In this document: piece after piece, positions 21,865 to 32,099 of the stretch
Layout of the letters: the number at the start of each line of letters is the position of its first letter
Position numbering within the stretch: position 1 is the first letter of the stretch
Assembly (NCBI GenBank): GCA_963762255.1
Contig: CAVXKA010000001.1
Coordinates: forward strand, 1,376,001 to 1,440,000
Length of the DNA stretch: 64,000 nucleotides
Source of the DNA: Candidatus Eiseniibacteriota bacterium
GTDB taxonomy: Bacteria; Eisenbacteria; RBG-16-71-46; JABDJR01
Direction: 5' to 3'
Made by a program: the position numbers and the translations under genes
The notes under the pieces: model-generated
What the model was told of the DNA's origin: nothing
The model's input: the letters and a program-made list of their open reading frames with translations, nothing else
Databases searched by the model: none

Positions 21865-23462
21865 GACGACCTGGGATCTCAGGATCGGGGTATGTTCGCA
21901 AGCGATCGATGGAGCTGGGGACGCCGGCGACCCGCGCCTTGACCGATCCGCTGGCGGCGTGGGTCGTGAAGAAGATCCGTCTCGAAGGGCGACCGTTCCG
22001 GTTCGAGGGGCACGCGTACCTGCGCGCGATCTTCGACGACACCGCCGCGCACATCATACTCAGCAAGGCCGCGCAGATCGGCGGCACGACCTGGGCCATC
22101 CTGCGTAGCTTCCACGCCTGCCTGCAGGGGCTCAACGTCGGGTATTACTTCCCGACCCAGACCGATGTCTACGACTTCTCCCGGTCGCGGGTGGGACCAC
22201 TGCTCAAGGACAATCCATTCCTTGCCGCCAAGCTTCAGGACACCGACACCGTGGGATTGAAGCGGATCGGGGATGCGAACCTCTACTTCCGAGGCATGAA
22301 GTCCTCCGTGGGAATGAAGTCCGTGCCGCTCGACATGTTGGTGTTCGATGAACTCGACGAGGCCACACCGGATGCGCGGGCGCTGGCTTGGGAGCGGATC
22401 GCGCACTCCGACTACAAGCGGGTGATCGAGTTGTCCAACCCATCCCTGCCCGGCTACGGGATCGACGAGCAGTACGAGAAGTCGGACCAGCGGCACTGGA
22501 CCTTGAAGTGCCCGGCCTGTGGCGAGTGGACCTGCCTGGAGCGGGAGTTCCCCGCGAAACTCGGCCAGGAGGTCACCGTCATCCGTCAGCGCGACGACGG
22601 CACCTACTACCGCGCCTGCCCCAAGTGTGCCGGCGAACTCGACCTCGACCTGGGCGAGTGGGTCGCCGACTTCCCGGAGCGCGCCATCCACGGCTACCGG
22701 GTGAGCCAGCTGTTCTCGGTGAAGATGGACCCTGGCGAGATCCTTGACGAGTACCGTTGCACGCGGTTCCCGGAGCGGTTCTACAACTTGAAGATCGGTA
22801 TCCCGTGGGCCGACCTCGAGCGCCGCCTCGACGTGCAGACCGTGCTCGACCTCTGCCGCACCGGCGAGGCTCCGTTCGGGTTCAACGTCATGGGAGTCGA
22901 TACCGGCAAGGCCCTTCACGTCGTCATCCTGCGCACCAACGGGTACACCCTGCGACCGGCCCACATGATCCATGTCCAGGCCTGTCATGAGTTCGCCGAG
23001 CTGGACGCCCTCATGAAGCAGTACCGGGTGCGCAATGTCGTCATCGACGGGCTCCCCGAAACCCACTCCACCCGCGACTTCGCCCGACGCCATCGCGGGG
23101 ATGTCTTCCTCAACTTCTTCAACGAGAGCCAACGGGGGAGCGCCCGGTGGGATCGCTCGGAGCAGACCGTGTGCATCAACCGCACCGAAGCCCTGGATGC
23201 CTCGCGAGCGATCGTGCGCGACAAGAAGCTGACGCTTCCGCCACGCAGTCCTGAGATCGAGGAGTTTGCCCGGCACATGAGCTGCGATGCCAAGGTGCTC
23301 GATGAGGACCCCGACACCGGCGCCCAGAAGTACCGCTACGTCCGCACCGGACCCGACCACTACTCGCTGGCGTTCACGTATGGGCTCATGGCCTTGGACG
23401 CGATGAGCATGCCTGTCAGCCCCGAGCAACGAGCATGGCTCAGTGGGATGCTCTATGGGTGA
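21861..23462 (+). CDS. Phage terminase large subunit, GpA family
   Basis: KAAQIGGTT (Walker A variant), YYFPT, VFDELDE (Walker B), SNPS, SDQRHW..CPAC..CPKC Zn motif, nuclease GVDTG...VIDG...PDHY. Confidence 0.88.
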   Translation: MRRPGISGSGYVRKRSMELGTPATRALTDPLAAWVVKKIRLEGRPFRFEGHAYLRAIFDDTAAHIILSKAAQIGGTTWAILRSFHACLQGLNVGYYFPTQTDVYDFSRSRVGPLLKDNPFLAAKLQDTDTVGLKRIGDANLYFRGMKSSVGMKSVPLDMLVFDELDEATPDARALAWERIAHSDYKRVIELSNPSLPGYGIDEQYEKSDQRHWTLKCPACGEWTCLEREFPAKLGQEVTVIRQRDDGTYYRACPKCAGELDLDLGEWVADFPERAIHGYRVSQLFSVKMDPGEILDEYRCTRFPERFYNLKIGIPWADLERRLDVQTVLDLCRTGEAPFGFNVMGVDTGKALHVVILRTNGYTLRPAHMIHVQACHEFAELDALMKQYRVRNVVIDGLPETHSTRDFARRHRGDVFLNFFNESQRGSARWDRSEQTVCINRTEALDASRAIVRDKKLTLPPRSPEIEEFARHMSCDAKVLDEDPDTGAQKYRYVRTGPDHYSLAFTYGLMALDAMSMPVSPEQRAWLSGMLYG

Positions 23463-23505
23463 CCCAGATCCGTCGACCGGTGACGCGTTCCCGTCGGTGT
23501 CTTGG

Positions 23506-23652
23506 AGCCCCTCCGGACCCCTCTGGAGGGGCTGAAATCGCTCCCAAACGGGCTCCGAGGGATCAAATTGGTTCCCGACGGGCCGGTTTGGGACGAAATT
23601 CGGTCCCTCGGAGGCCCAAAACCCCCAGAAAAGCGGCATGGTTTTGGGGGTT
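23506..23652. repeat. Cluster of hairpins and interleaved inverted repeats downstream of terL
   Basis: AGCCCCTCCGGA/TCTGGAGGGGCT (23506-23533); TCCCAAAC/GTTTGGGA (23542/23586); CTCCGAGGGA/TCCCTCGGAG (23553/23604); AACCCCCA/TGGGGGTT (23620/23645). Confidence 0.7.
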
Positions 23653-23954
23653 CTGCCCAGATCTGCCGTTCTCGGTGGTGAGGTCAAAACGCTGCAACCC
23701 CTTGAAATCAAGAGACTAAGGGGAACACTCCGTCACCTGCGAGCTGGCCGAGGCGTGAAATATCCGGCCGAAACCTGCCACTTATCTGCCCTTGCCGCGC
23801 CCCGGACGAGCCCAGAATGCCGCTCGTCTGCCCCTTGCCACATGTCGTCTTCTCACAGAAAGGCGAACTGTTCGATCTGGCTCCTAGCCTCCTTGCGCCT
23901 AGACATCTCGATCACTCATCTATTGCGTTGGAACAACTGACGTGTTCTTCTGAG

Positions 23955-24464
23955 ATGCAGGATCTTCCTACTTCACGAGTGACTATGAAGAAACCGAATG
24001 GCGAGATGGGTGGCCACGGGGCGACGGGCTGTCCGACGACGTGTACCCTTGAGCCTCTGAAGTCAAGGACTGAGATCCTGACCAACTACTCGCGCTGCAG
24101 CACCCACCGTCGCATATTCACAAATCAGCATGAAGAAGTAATCTGCCCACGTTGTTCGCGGTTGCCCCGTGAATACTACCAGCTTGATCGTGGACTGATG
24201 TTCAGCTGCGAACGCGAACACCTGTGGGACCCATGCACCAAGGATCTTCGGCCAACTCTTGTCCGACGCATGAAGTGCGATGTCTGTGAATATGTCTCCG
24301 ATTCATGTCCCGAATGTGAGTCGATGGCCATTGCTTGGTGGCGCGTCAGCACATCTGTGCGCGGCAAAACCAGCGAGGAACTTGCGTTCTTTGAGTGCTT
24401 TCAAGGTCACCGGTGGATCGGTTGTCCCGATTGCGGGGAGACACGAGACTTCGAGTGCTACTAG
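23955..24464 (+). CDS. Cys-rich multi-zinc-ribbon hypothetical protein
   Basis: CPRC, CEREH, CDVC..CPEC, CFQGH..CPDC motifs; start uncertain. Confidence 0.5.
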   Translation: MQDLPTSRVTMKKPNGEMGGHGATGCPTTCTLEPLKSRTEILTNYSRCSTHRRIFTNQHEEVICPRCSRLPREYYQLDRGLMFSCEREHLWDPCTKDLRPTLVRRMKCDVCEYVSDSCPECESMAIAWWRVSTSVRGKTSEELAFFECFQGHRWIGCPDCGETRDFECY

Positions 24465-24648
24465 AATAACTGCATGGCTGCGGAGAAGCTGATCGGATGA
24501 CAATACCTGCATGCCTTGACTTGCTTGTAGCTCCTGACTGGCATGCCACCCCGATCTTTGGTCCGGCGGTGGGCGGCATCCTCGATGCGACGGGTATCGC
24601 TGATGCACTCGAAGTGGCCGCCAGCCGCACGAACGAGACGCGGGTGGC

Positions 24649-27600
24649 CTAGCGCCTCTTGGCCCGCTGCTTGACGGGACGCGGTCGCGACGCTGTCGCC
24701 ACCGCCGCGCGCTCGCCTGCGATCTGGAATGCGCCCGGCCAGCCACCGTGCTGCTCGATGACCTCGTCGATCTTCTGCATCAGACGAATAGTCTCAGCGA
24801 GGGCGACGACAATCTTCTGATAGTGGGCGATCTCTGCCTTGGAAAGCGTGCGGCCTTTGCGGTCCTTGAGCCACTTCTCGCACACTTGGTAGCCGCCGAC
24901 GTGGAAGTTCCAAACGTCCCCGGGCACGCCGCAGAACCCAATCGTGCCGGGCGTGGCGGGCTGGCCCTTCTTCGTCGCGGTGGCATCGAGCCAGACAGTG
25001 CCCTCCGACCAGCCGACCCGGCCGACTTCGGGGTTCTTCGGACCTGAGTAGTTAGTGATGAGGTGATCGAGCTTCGGTGAGTCCATCAGGTGTAGGGCCA
25101 CGAGTGTGGAGCCGAGTTGGATGAGCTCGCGGTTCAGCGCAGGAGACGAAGGCCGAGGCACCCTCGCGTAGTCCCGTTGGAGCTCCCCTTGAAACCGGCG
25201 GCGATACTCTGGCGAGAAGAGCACCGCGTAGATCGTGTAGAGCATCTCCTCCGCTGTGTGGACATCGAGGCGACTTGTCCAATCCGCATACACAGCAGGG
25301 GCAATGTTTGCATGCCCTCTATCTCCGGAGGCTGTCTTGAACAACGGCGTGTCATCTTGAACTCCAGTTAGGTACAGCGGGAACACCTGCGTGTTGCGAT
25401 CGTGAGTAGCGGCTTTGTATTCCACAAGCCCTCGGCAAACGAGCACGTTGTCATACGGTTTCCCGGTTACGCGACGGGTTGAAAGCAGAGCAAGGCTGCC
25501 AGCGAGCAGATGCTTCATGACCTCTTGGCGCGGTTCGCCAATGATCAACGGGTGATAGACGACGTACCGCATATCGAATGGGCGATAGAGGATCGGGCGA
25601 ATACACGACTCAGCATCTTTCAGCGTCGTCTCAGCACGTGCTCGATCGAAGTCAAAATGCGAGCTTGAACACAAACTGAACCGCTCTCCCAGACTTCGCC
25701 GCGACTCGGCCTTGTCGAAGAAAATCTCTAGGTTGTTGCGGAGCTCGGCCCGGGTGAACGCAATCGCCAGTGAGTCGTGCCGGGTCGCGAGGGCTGCGCC
25801 GTTGAATGGAAGTGGTCTTCCGCTCCGGATTCCGCCTGCAAAAACGTCCGGAAGTGAAAGCCACGACTCCCATGCAGCTGAGGTGTCAGTGAAGGTGGGC
25901 TGGAAGTAGCGCTGTGGGGCGATGGGAGACAGTCTCTCGAATGCAACCGTTCCCAATCTGCTGGACGCCAGCCACAGAGCCTTCTCATCACGAGATCCTC
26001 GCACAGCTGCAAGGTCCACGAGCCGCTCAGTCTTGCCAATCGTACTTCCCAAGAAGATGGCTACCCCTTGCTGAATATCGAAGACGTTCTGGTCGGCCGC
26101 TGTTGCGTCCACTCGACGGGAATTGCCTCCAAGATCCGTTAGTCGAATGACCCGGTAACACCCCATCAGGTCGGCGCGCATGTCCCGGAATAGGGGACCG
26201 TCTAGGTAGCTGTTGTCCGTGATCATTCCTAAGACATAGCTCCCCGCACTCTCCAAGATTGTGGAAGCGAGGCACATAAACTTGACGTAATCGTTGGATA
26301 GAGCTTGCCGTTGGATCTCTTCGGTCTTGATAGTCGTCTTGTAACGCTCCATCAAAGAGTCGATCCATTCACCCTGATTCTGGGAAAGCTTCGCGTAGGG
26401 CGGATTGCCGATCACCACAGTAAACCGCTGCTTCCGCTTGATCTCGTTGACCGCTTGCGCCTCGTGGGCGAGCGCCGGCAGAAAGTCTAAGGTAAGTTGT
26501 CTGCTGCTCGCAGGCTCCAGCGCGTTGGTCAGGTATACCCGCGCCCGCTCGTCGCTACCGAAACGGTAGCCCGTCTCGTAAAGCTTCAACCCAATTTTGA
26601 GATGCGCGATGGCGTAGGGGGCCATCAAGAGCTCGTAGCCGTGCAGGCGCGGTAGGAGGTGCCGGGGCACGTACTCGTTCCACAAGGCCTCAATCTTCTT
26701 ATCGCTTTGGCCATGGGCGTTCCAGTTGGCGAGCAGAGTCTTGTGGATGAGGTCGATGGCTTCGACTAGGAACGTACCCGTGCCGGTGGCGGGATCGAGG
26801 ATCTGGACGAAGGCATGGTCGGGGGAAACGCCCTCGGGGATCTTGATGTCCTTGTGGCGCCTAGCCATCTCCCCCCAGGTAGTGATATCGGCGAGTCCGT
26901 CGGTGAGGCCGAACTCGCTTCGCAGTAGCTCGTCCACCGAGCGCACGATGTAAGAGACCACCGGCCGCGGTGTGTAGAAGACGCCGCGTTGCATCCGCTT
27001 CTTAGCATCATATTCCTTGAGGAAGAGCTCGTAGAAGTGGATGACCGGGTCTTCCTGCGGGTTTCGGTCGCCGAAGTCGCGGACGACAGCTTCCATGTGA
27101 GTGTTCGGGTCGTCGAGCAGCTCAACAACCTCGTTCACACCCAGCTCGTCGAAGTCGATGCCCGGCCCACCTGCCTTGCCCCGCCGTCCGCCAACGTGGA
27201 GGAAGGTCTCCATCAGCTCCTTGAGGAACGGATTGGTCCGCATGTGGCCCGCGAAATCGTCTACCGTCTTCTTGTGGGGGTCTGCGATGCGGGCCGAGAG
27301 CAGGCCGTAGGCAATGGTCTGGGCATACATGTCAGCGAAGCCGCCGTCGTCGAGGTCGTGGATCAACGCCTCCTGGAAAGCCTTCCTCAGCTTGGTGACG
27401 GGGCCGTGCTCGGTCTCAATGGCGAGGACGGTGTGGATGCGGTCGCGGATCCTCCTTGCCAGCTTCGCCAACTCCACGGCCAGGGCCTTCGAGGTCTTGA
27501 TGACCTCATCGGGCCGTAGAGTGAAGGCCGATCGCCACTTCTCGCGCCACCGGTCGATGTTGGATTCGTCCTCTGGCCACGAAAGTTTCGTGGCAAGCTC

Positions 27601-28101
27601 GGTGGCTACGCCATCGAGATGAAGCGCGGTATCGCGATCGTTCCACCCGAGCACCTTCAGGATCGGGAGGTCGGCCTTGGCTCTGTCCTGCGAGAAATGC
27701 GCGAAGCTAATCTGGCGCTCATCGCCCTCGCCGTAATTGGAGACGAAGAGCAGGTCGTCGGCTGCCCAGGCGGTGCGCTCGGCGCTGTTGGCCGAGGCGC
27801 GTTTCTTGAGTGCAACCTGGCTTAGAATGCGGCGCAGCGCGACGATGGGAAGCTTCTTCGGTTCGAACTTGATGAAGAAGATGCCCCACGGCTGGCGGGG
27901 CGAGAGCGGGCGCAGCCGTTTGATCTCTTGGATCTTGGCGGCGCTCGCTGCGTCGATACCCAGCTCCTCTGGCGTGTACTCGAAGGTCAGCTCCTCGAAG
28001 CTCTCCTGACTGATTGGCCAGCCAATCTCGTCGCGTAAGTAGGCGATGAGTTGGTCAAACCGCTTGATTTTCGCGAGTACAGCGCGGTGGTCGGTCGGCA
28101 T
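24649..28101 (-). CDS. N6-adenine DNA methyltransferase with type ISP-like C-terminal specificity domain (type IIG/ISP-like RM protein)
   Basis: RGVFYTPRPVV, ILDPATGTGTF, VVIGNPPY, LYRPFD, WNFHVGGYQVCEKWLKDRKGR. Confidence 0.88.
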   Translation of the reverse strand: MPTDHRAVLAKIKRFDQLIAYLRDEIGWPISQESFEELTFEYTPEELGIDAASAAKIQEIKRLRPLSPRQPWGIFFIKFEPKKLPIVALRRILSQVALKKRASANSAERTAWAADDLLFVSNYGEGDERQISFAHFSQDRAKADLPILKVLGWNDRDTALHLDGVATELATKLSWPEDESNIDRWREKWRSAFTLRPDEVIKTSKALAVELAKLARRIRDRIHTVLAIETEHGPVTKLRKAFQEALIHDLDDGGFADMYAQTIAYGLLSARIADPHKKTVDDFAGHMRTNPFLKELMETFLHVGGRRGKAGGPGIDFDELGVNEVVELLDDPNTHMEAVVRDFGDRNPQEDPVIHFYELFLKEYDAKKRMQRGVFYTPRPVVSYIVRSVDELLRSEFGLTDGLADITTWGEMARRHKDIKIPEGVSPDHAFVQILDPATGTGTFLVEAIDLIHKTLLANWNAHGQSDKKIEALWNEYVPRHLLPRLHGYELLMAPYAIAHLKIGLKLYETGYRFGSDERARVYLTNALEPASSRQLTLDFLPALAHEAQAVNEIKRKQRFTVVIGNPPYAKLSQNQGEWIDSLMERYKTTIKTEEIQRQALSNDYVKFMCLASTILESAGSYVLGMITDNSYLDGPLFRDMRADLMGCYRVIRLTDLGGNSRRVDATAADQNVFDIQQGVAIFLGSTIGKTERLVDLAAVRGSRDEKALWLASSRLGTVAFERLSPIAPQRYFQPTFTDTSAAWESWLSLPDVFAGGIRSGRPLPFNGAALATRHDSLAIAFTRAELRNNLEIFFDKAESRRSLGERFSLCSSSHFDFDRARAETTLKDAESCIRPILYRPFDMRYVVYHPLIIGEPRQEVMKHLLAGSLALLSTRRVTGKPYDNVLVCRGLVEYKAATHDRNTQVFPLYLTGVQDDTPLFKTASGDRGHANIAPAVYADWTSRLDVHTAEEMLYTIYAVLFSPEYRRRFQGELQRDYARVPRPSSPALNRELIQLGSTLVALHLMDSPKLDHLITNYSGPKNPEVGRVGWSEGTVWLDATATKKGQPATPGTIGFCGVPGDVWNFHVGGYQVCEKWLKDRKGRTLSKAEIAHYQKIVVALAETIRLMQKIDEVIEQHGGWPGAFQIAGERAAVATASRPRPVKQRAKRR

Positions 28102-28105
28102 CTGT

Positions 28106-31100
28106 TCAGCCCTCGTTGAGTTCCATCCAACACTTGAGCGCCGGTTTCACGCCGACAGGGGCGTCGACGCGCTTCAGGTAGGTGTTCTTGATGTGCTTCT
28201 CGATCCTCCCTCGGAGCTCGACAAGGGTCAGCTCATCTGTGGTGCACTTTCGCGGGGTGTCGGGGTTGGAGCGGATGCCGGCGACGATCTCACCCGGCTC
28301 TTCGAGGATGGCGTCGCGGTCAAGGTCGTAGAGGTACCAGCGCGTCGTGCCGGCCGCTTCGGTGAACTCGCCTGCTTCCTTGTCGAGTGCGGGGAGCGCG
28401 TAACAGAAGAAGACCCCACGAGCGCCCTTGGTCGGGCGTTTCCGCCCGCTGAAGGTGGCGCCGGGCAGGCGCTTGAGACGCGCCTCCAGCTCGGGGTCGG
28501 CCTGGAGCAACGACTGGTACTCGAGGTGCATGTCCTCAACTGCTGTCTTGGTGCCTTCGTAGGCATGGTTGAACTCCCTCAGGGCGTCGTAGTCATCTTC
28601 TGGCGTAAGCAGCTTCTTGCCTTCGATGCCGAGGGTCTTGGAGATCAGTAGGGTCTTCTGCGTGACCTTGGTGTAGAGAGTCAGGATCACATTCAGATCC
28701 TCGGGCGGCAGGAAGTTCCAGAAGGTGACCTTGCCGCGGGACGGCGCAAGCTCCGGGTGATCGTCGAGGAGCCGCTTCTCGACCTCGGGATTCATGCGCC
28801 GGTCCACGCGGCCGATGCGCTGCATCAGACGCACGGGGTTCCAATGAATGTCGTAGTTGATCATCCGCGAGGCGTCCTGGAGGTTTAGGCCTTCGGAAAG
28901 GACATCGGTAGAGATTAGGATGCGGATCTCCCCGCGACCTTTCTCAGCAAGCGCCGCGGCAGAAATGCCGTTGTAGTAAGGGGAGAAGCACTGGATCACG
29001 TCGGCCCGGTTTCGCTTGGAGGCACTGTCGACCTGGGCGACACCATCGATGCCAGCCCCATCAAGCTGGCCCTTCAGGTAGCGGGCGGTGTCGGCGAACT
29101 CGGTGAAGATGAGAACCTTCTGACCAGCCAGTTCCTTGCTCTTGAGCAGGCGAATGAGCTTCTGCAACTTGTCGTCATGCTTGGGTTCGAACCTCCGGGC
29201 TTCCTCGAGAAAATGGACTAGTTGAGCCAAGTCCCGGAAGGTCTCAGTCAGCATTGCCGGGATGTCGTACTCCTCGCGGTTGAGCCTCTCTACGGTCGCA
29301 AGTATTTCCTGAGGAACAACGTCCTCGTCCTCGGACTCCTCTTCATCGCTGCCCCAGAGTTCCATCTGACGATGCACCGCATAGCCGAGAATCTCCGCGT
29401 TGTCGATCTTCCACTGCTCGAGCTTCCTCCTTTCGATGTCGGTCTCGCTGTGGATTATCAAGAAGGCGAGCAGCTTCTGTAGTAGCCGATCACAGGACAA
29501 CTCAAAGGCGGTGACGGAGCTCTCGAACCTCTTAAGAAAGTTGGTTCGGATCAGGCCCACGACCTGCTTCTGCCGGTTCTGCTCGAAGGAGTCAATATCC
29601 TTGTCCGGCCCCTTGTACCAGTAGAGCGGGTAGTACATGGCCAGGGTGAAGAGCGGGTGCTTTCGGGTGAAGGCGTTCTCGAACATGTCTAGCAGCCTGC
29701 CGTAGGTCTTGCGGATTGAGTACGCAGCGACCTGAGGTGGCCGGCGCTCAGGGAAGGCAGTGGTCCTTCCGGACTCTCGGATCTGGCTCTCCTGCGCGTA
29801 GGCGCGACTGCGCTGGACGACGAGGTGCCGGAAAATCTCATCCTTGGCCAGGATCTCCTGGGCCTCGGTCATGTTCTCAGCAACGTCGGTGAGGTCGTGC
29901 CCGAGGATCTGCCTGAGCGCCTTCTCCATGTTGTTGAAGCGCGCACTCAGGTTGTTCACTCCGAGGGTGCGGCCGAAGTACGCCTCGTCGCGCCGCGTGA
30001 AGAGTTCCGCCATGTGGCGGAAGTCGCTCAGACGGTTATTGATCGGTGTGGCGGTGAGCATGAAGAGCGTCTTGGGCCGCGCCGCGCAGTCGAGCAGGTC
30101 GTAGAGTTGGTAGTACCGGGAGGGGTCAGTCCCTTCGTCCGGGTCGCCCCGGCGTCCCGGATTGCGGAAGTGATGAGCCTCGTCGATGATCACGACATCG
30201 GCTAGATCCGCGATCCGCCGGAATCGCTCGGGGAAGTCCCCCTTGCGGCCGAGGTCTGTGTGGCTGAAGACCGCGAGGTTGCTGAAGTCGGCGTTCCCCC
30301 CGACGCCCCCGATGTGCGAGAGCCACTCGCGCAGGTGCGGCTCCCACACGCCCTCCTTGGTCGCCTTGGGAGCAAAGAGCACCACGCGCTTGCCTTCGTG
30401 CAGCACCAGCCGCTCGATCAGCATCAAGCCCACGAAGGTCTTGCCGAGACCGACACCGTCGCAAAGGAAGGCACCGCCGTGCTGGCGCGCGATCTTCATC
30501 AGTGCCCAGTAGGCCTCCTTCTGATAGCGATCGAGCCTGGGAAACATCTTTGAGCGGGTCTCGTCCCACTCGGTTGCTGTCAGCTCGTGCCCTCGGAAGT
30601 ACTCCTGGAGCGCCTTGGCGTAGATGTCGAACGGGGTATAGAGCTGGGTGTGGCGCGAAATGGTGTCGATGACGGCGTCGGTCACCTCGCTGGCATCGAT
30701 CCAGTGTGCCTCGAACCACTCTTGGAGCTGGGCGACCTCGCGAGCACTCTGGACCTGAATGTTGAGCTCGATGTTCTTGGTGAGGCCGGGAGCGGTGAAG
30801 TTGCTCGAGCCCACCAACGCCTGCGAACCGACCACTTCGAGCTTGGCGTGCGTGATATAGGCTTTCGCATGGAACTTCTCACGGTCGTAAACGCGGCACT
30901 CGATCTGCCTCGATTGGAGTGCCTTGAGGATCGCCGGAACGCCGTGGAGGAAGGGGTTGGTTTCCTTGTCGGCCTCGATGCTCCCGTCGAGGATCTCTAC
31001 GGCGCGCGAGCGCACGGCATCGAGGAGCGCCTTGCGGGTGCGATGCGTCATCTCGGCGCCCATCAGAATCCGGATCTTCTCCAGCGGCTGCCACTGTCCG

Positions 31101-31255
31101 TCGAGGGCAAGCAGCGCACCGATTTCGAAGTAGCCCGTCGCGATATCGAACCCCTTGGCGATGCCGGACCACTCCTTGAGGTAGCGGAGCCCGGTCCACC
31201 CGGAGACGCTGTTGTCGACGATGAAAAGGTCGCGGCCTTTGGAGTCAGTGGTCAT
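28106..31255 (-). CDS. PLD-nuclease domain fused to SNF2-family helicase
   Basis: FHAKAY...VGSSNFT (PLD HKD-like), DGVGLGKT, IIDEAHHFRN, LTATPINN, STDVLSEGLNLQ, NYDIHWNPVRLMQRIGRVDR. Confidence 0.9.
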   Translation of the reverse strand: MTTDSKGRDLFIVDNSVSGWTGLRYLKEWSGIAKGFDIATGYFEIGALLALDGQWQPLEKIRILMGAEMTHRTRKALLDAVRSRAVEILDGSIEADKETNPFLHGVPAILKALQSRQIECRVYDREKFHAKAYITHAKLEVVGSQALVGSSNFTAPGLTKNIELNIQVQSAREVAQLQEWFEAHWIDASEVTDAVIDTISRHTQLYTPFDIYAKALQEYFRGHELTATEWDETRSKMFPRLDRYQKEAYWALMKIARQHGGAFLCDGVGLGKTFVGLMLIERLVLHEGKRVVLFAPKATKEGVWEPHLREWLSHIGGVGGNADFSNLAVFSHTDLGRKGDFPERFRRIADLADVVIIDEAHHFRNPGRRGDPDEGTDPSRYYQLYDLLDCAARPKTLFMLTATPINNRLSDFRHMAELFTRRDEAYFGRTLGVNNLSARFNNMEKALRQILGHDLTDVAENMTEAQEILAKDEIFRHLVVQRSRAYAQESQIRESGRTTAFPERRPPQVAAYSIRKTYGRLLDMFENAFTRKHPLFTLAMYYPLYWYKGPDKDIDSFEQNRQKQVVGLIRTNFLKRFESSVTAFELSCDRLLQKLLAFLIIHSETDIERRKLEQWKIDNAEILGYAVHRQMELWGSDEEESEDEDVVPQEILATVERLNREEYDIPAMLTETFRDLAQLVHFLEEARRFEPKHDDKLQKLIRLLKSKELAGQKVLIFTEFADTARYLKGQLDGAGIDGVAQVDSASKRNRADVIQCFSPYYNGISAAALAEKGRGEIRILISTDVLSEGLNLQDASRMINYDIHWNPVRLMQRIGRVDRRMNPEVEKRLLDDHPELAPSRGKVTFWNFLPPEDLNVILTLYTKVTQKTLLISKTLGIEGKKLLTPEDDYDALREFNHAYEGTKTAVEDMHLEYQSLLQADPELEARLKRLPGATFSGRKRPTKGARGVFFCYALPALDKEAGEFTEAAGTTRWYLYDLDRDAILEEPGEIVAGIRSNPDTPRKCTTDELTLVELRGRIEKHIKNTYLKRVDAPVGVKPALKCWMELNEG

Positions 31256-31393
31256 CGTGATCCCTCATCGAAGTGGGGCCTCGCCGGGGACGCCCAACAT
31301 ATGACTCGGCGGCGGGAGCCACCACACCGGATGCGCCATCTACCTCGCAGGCTCCGGGGCTGACGGGGCGATGTCGGCAGTGGCTGAACAACA

Positions 31394-32005
31394 TCACCGA
31401 CCCAGAGGAGCCGCACGTCCATGACGACGGGCTGGTCTCGCAATCGACGGAACTACCTTGATGAAGACAAGGTAGAGAAGAACGACGACGACAATAATGA
31501 CCGCGACCCACTTGTCGATGGTGGCGTGGTGGAACAGGCCCATTAGCGCAGCGATGAAGAAAGCGACTGGGAGCGCCTTTGTTGGCAGTGTGACGCGGAG
31601 ATCGGTCCCGGGGCCAGCGTTCTGGGCGAGCCGCTGCCAGACTATGATCAGCATCCAGTAGGCTGATAGCGTTGCCCAGAAGAGAGTGTGGAGAGGCCAC
31701 TTGTCCATCCACGAGATGTTCGCGCCAGAGCCGAAGAAGCTATCTTTGGGCGTCAGAAACGTGAGTGCTAACAGGAGGAGCACGAAGTTCGTAAGATCGA
31801 TTAACTTCATTCCAAGAGAGTAGAGTGTCTTTTCGACCGGATGGTCTTCGATCAGGTTTGAGGTGTAGACCGTATCATTGAACACTAGAAGCGCCACGAC
31901 AGCAGCGAGGCATATGCCGGTTGCGTCACGCGCGGCGAAGGCCATAAAGAACTGGCGCATCGCGGCAATGAACGCAATGCCGAATATGATGTTATAGAAC
32001 GTCAT
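31394..32005 (-). CDS. Multi-pass membrane hypothetical protein
   Basis: Five to six hydrophobic segments; RBS GGAGG; same strand and upstream of the helicase. Confidence 0.6.
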   Translation of the reverse strand: MTFYNIIFGIAFIAAMRQFFMAFAARDATGICLAAVVALLVFNDTVYTSNLIEDHPVEKTLYSLGMKLIDLTNFVLLLLALTFLTPKDSFFGSGANISWMDKWPLHTLFWATLSAYWMLIIVWQRLAQNAGPGTDLRVTLPTKALPVAFFIAALMGLFHHATIDKWVAVIIVVVVLLYLVFIKVVPSIARPARRHGRAAPLGR

Positions 32006-32099
32006 CTTCTGGTGGCCTCCCTATCCTATCTCTTGCCGGCGGGGCCTCGTGGGTTGTGGTCCGAACTTGCGAGGCGGGGGGAACGCCTTGCGCCCGTGG

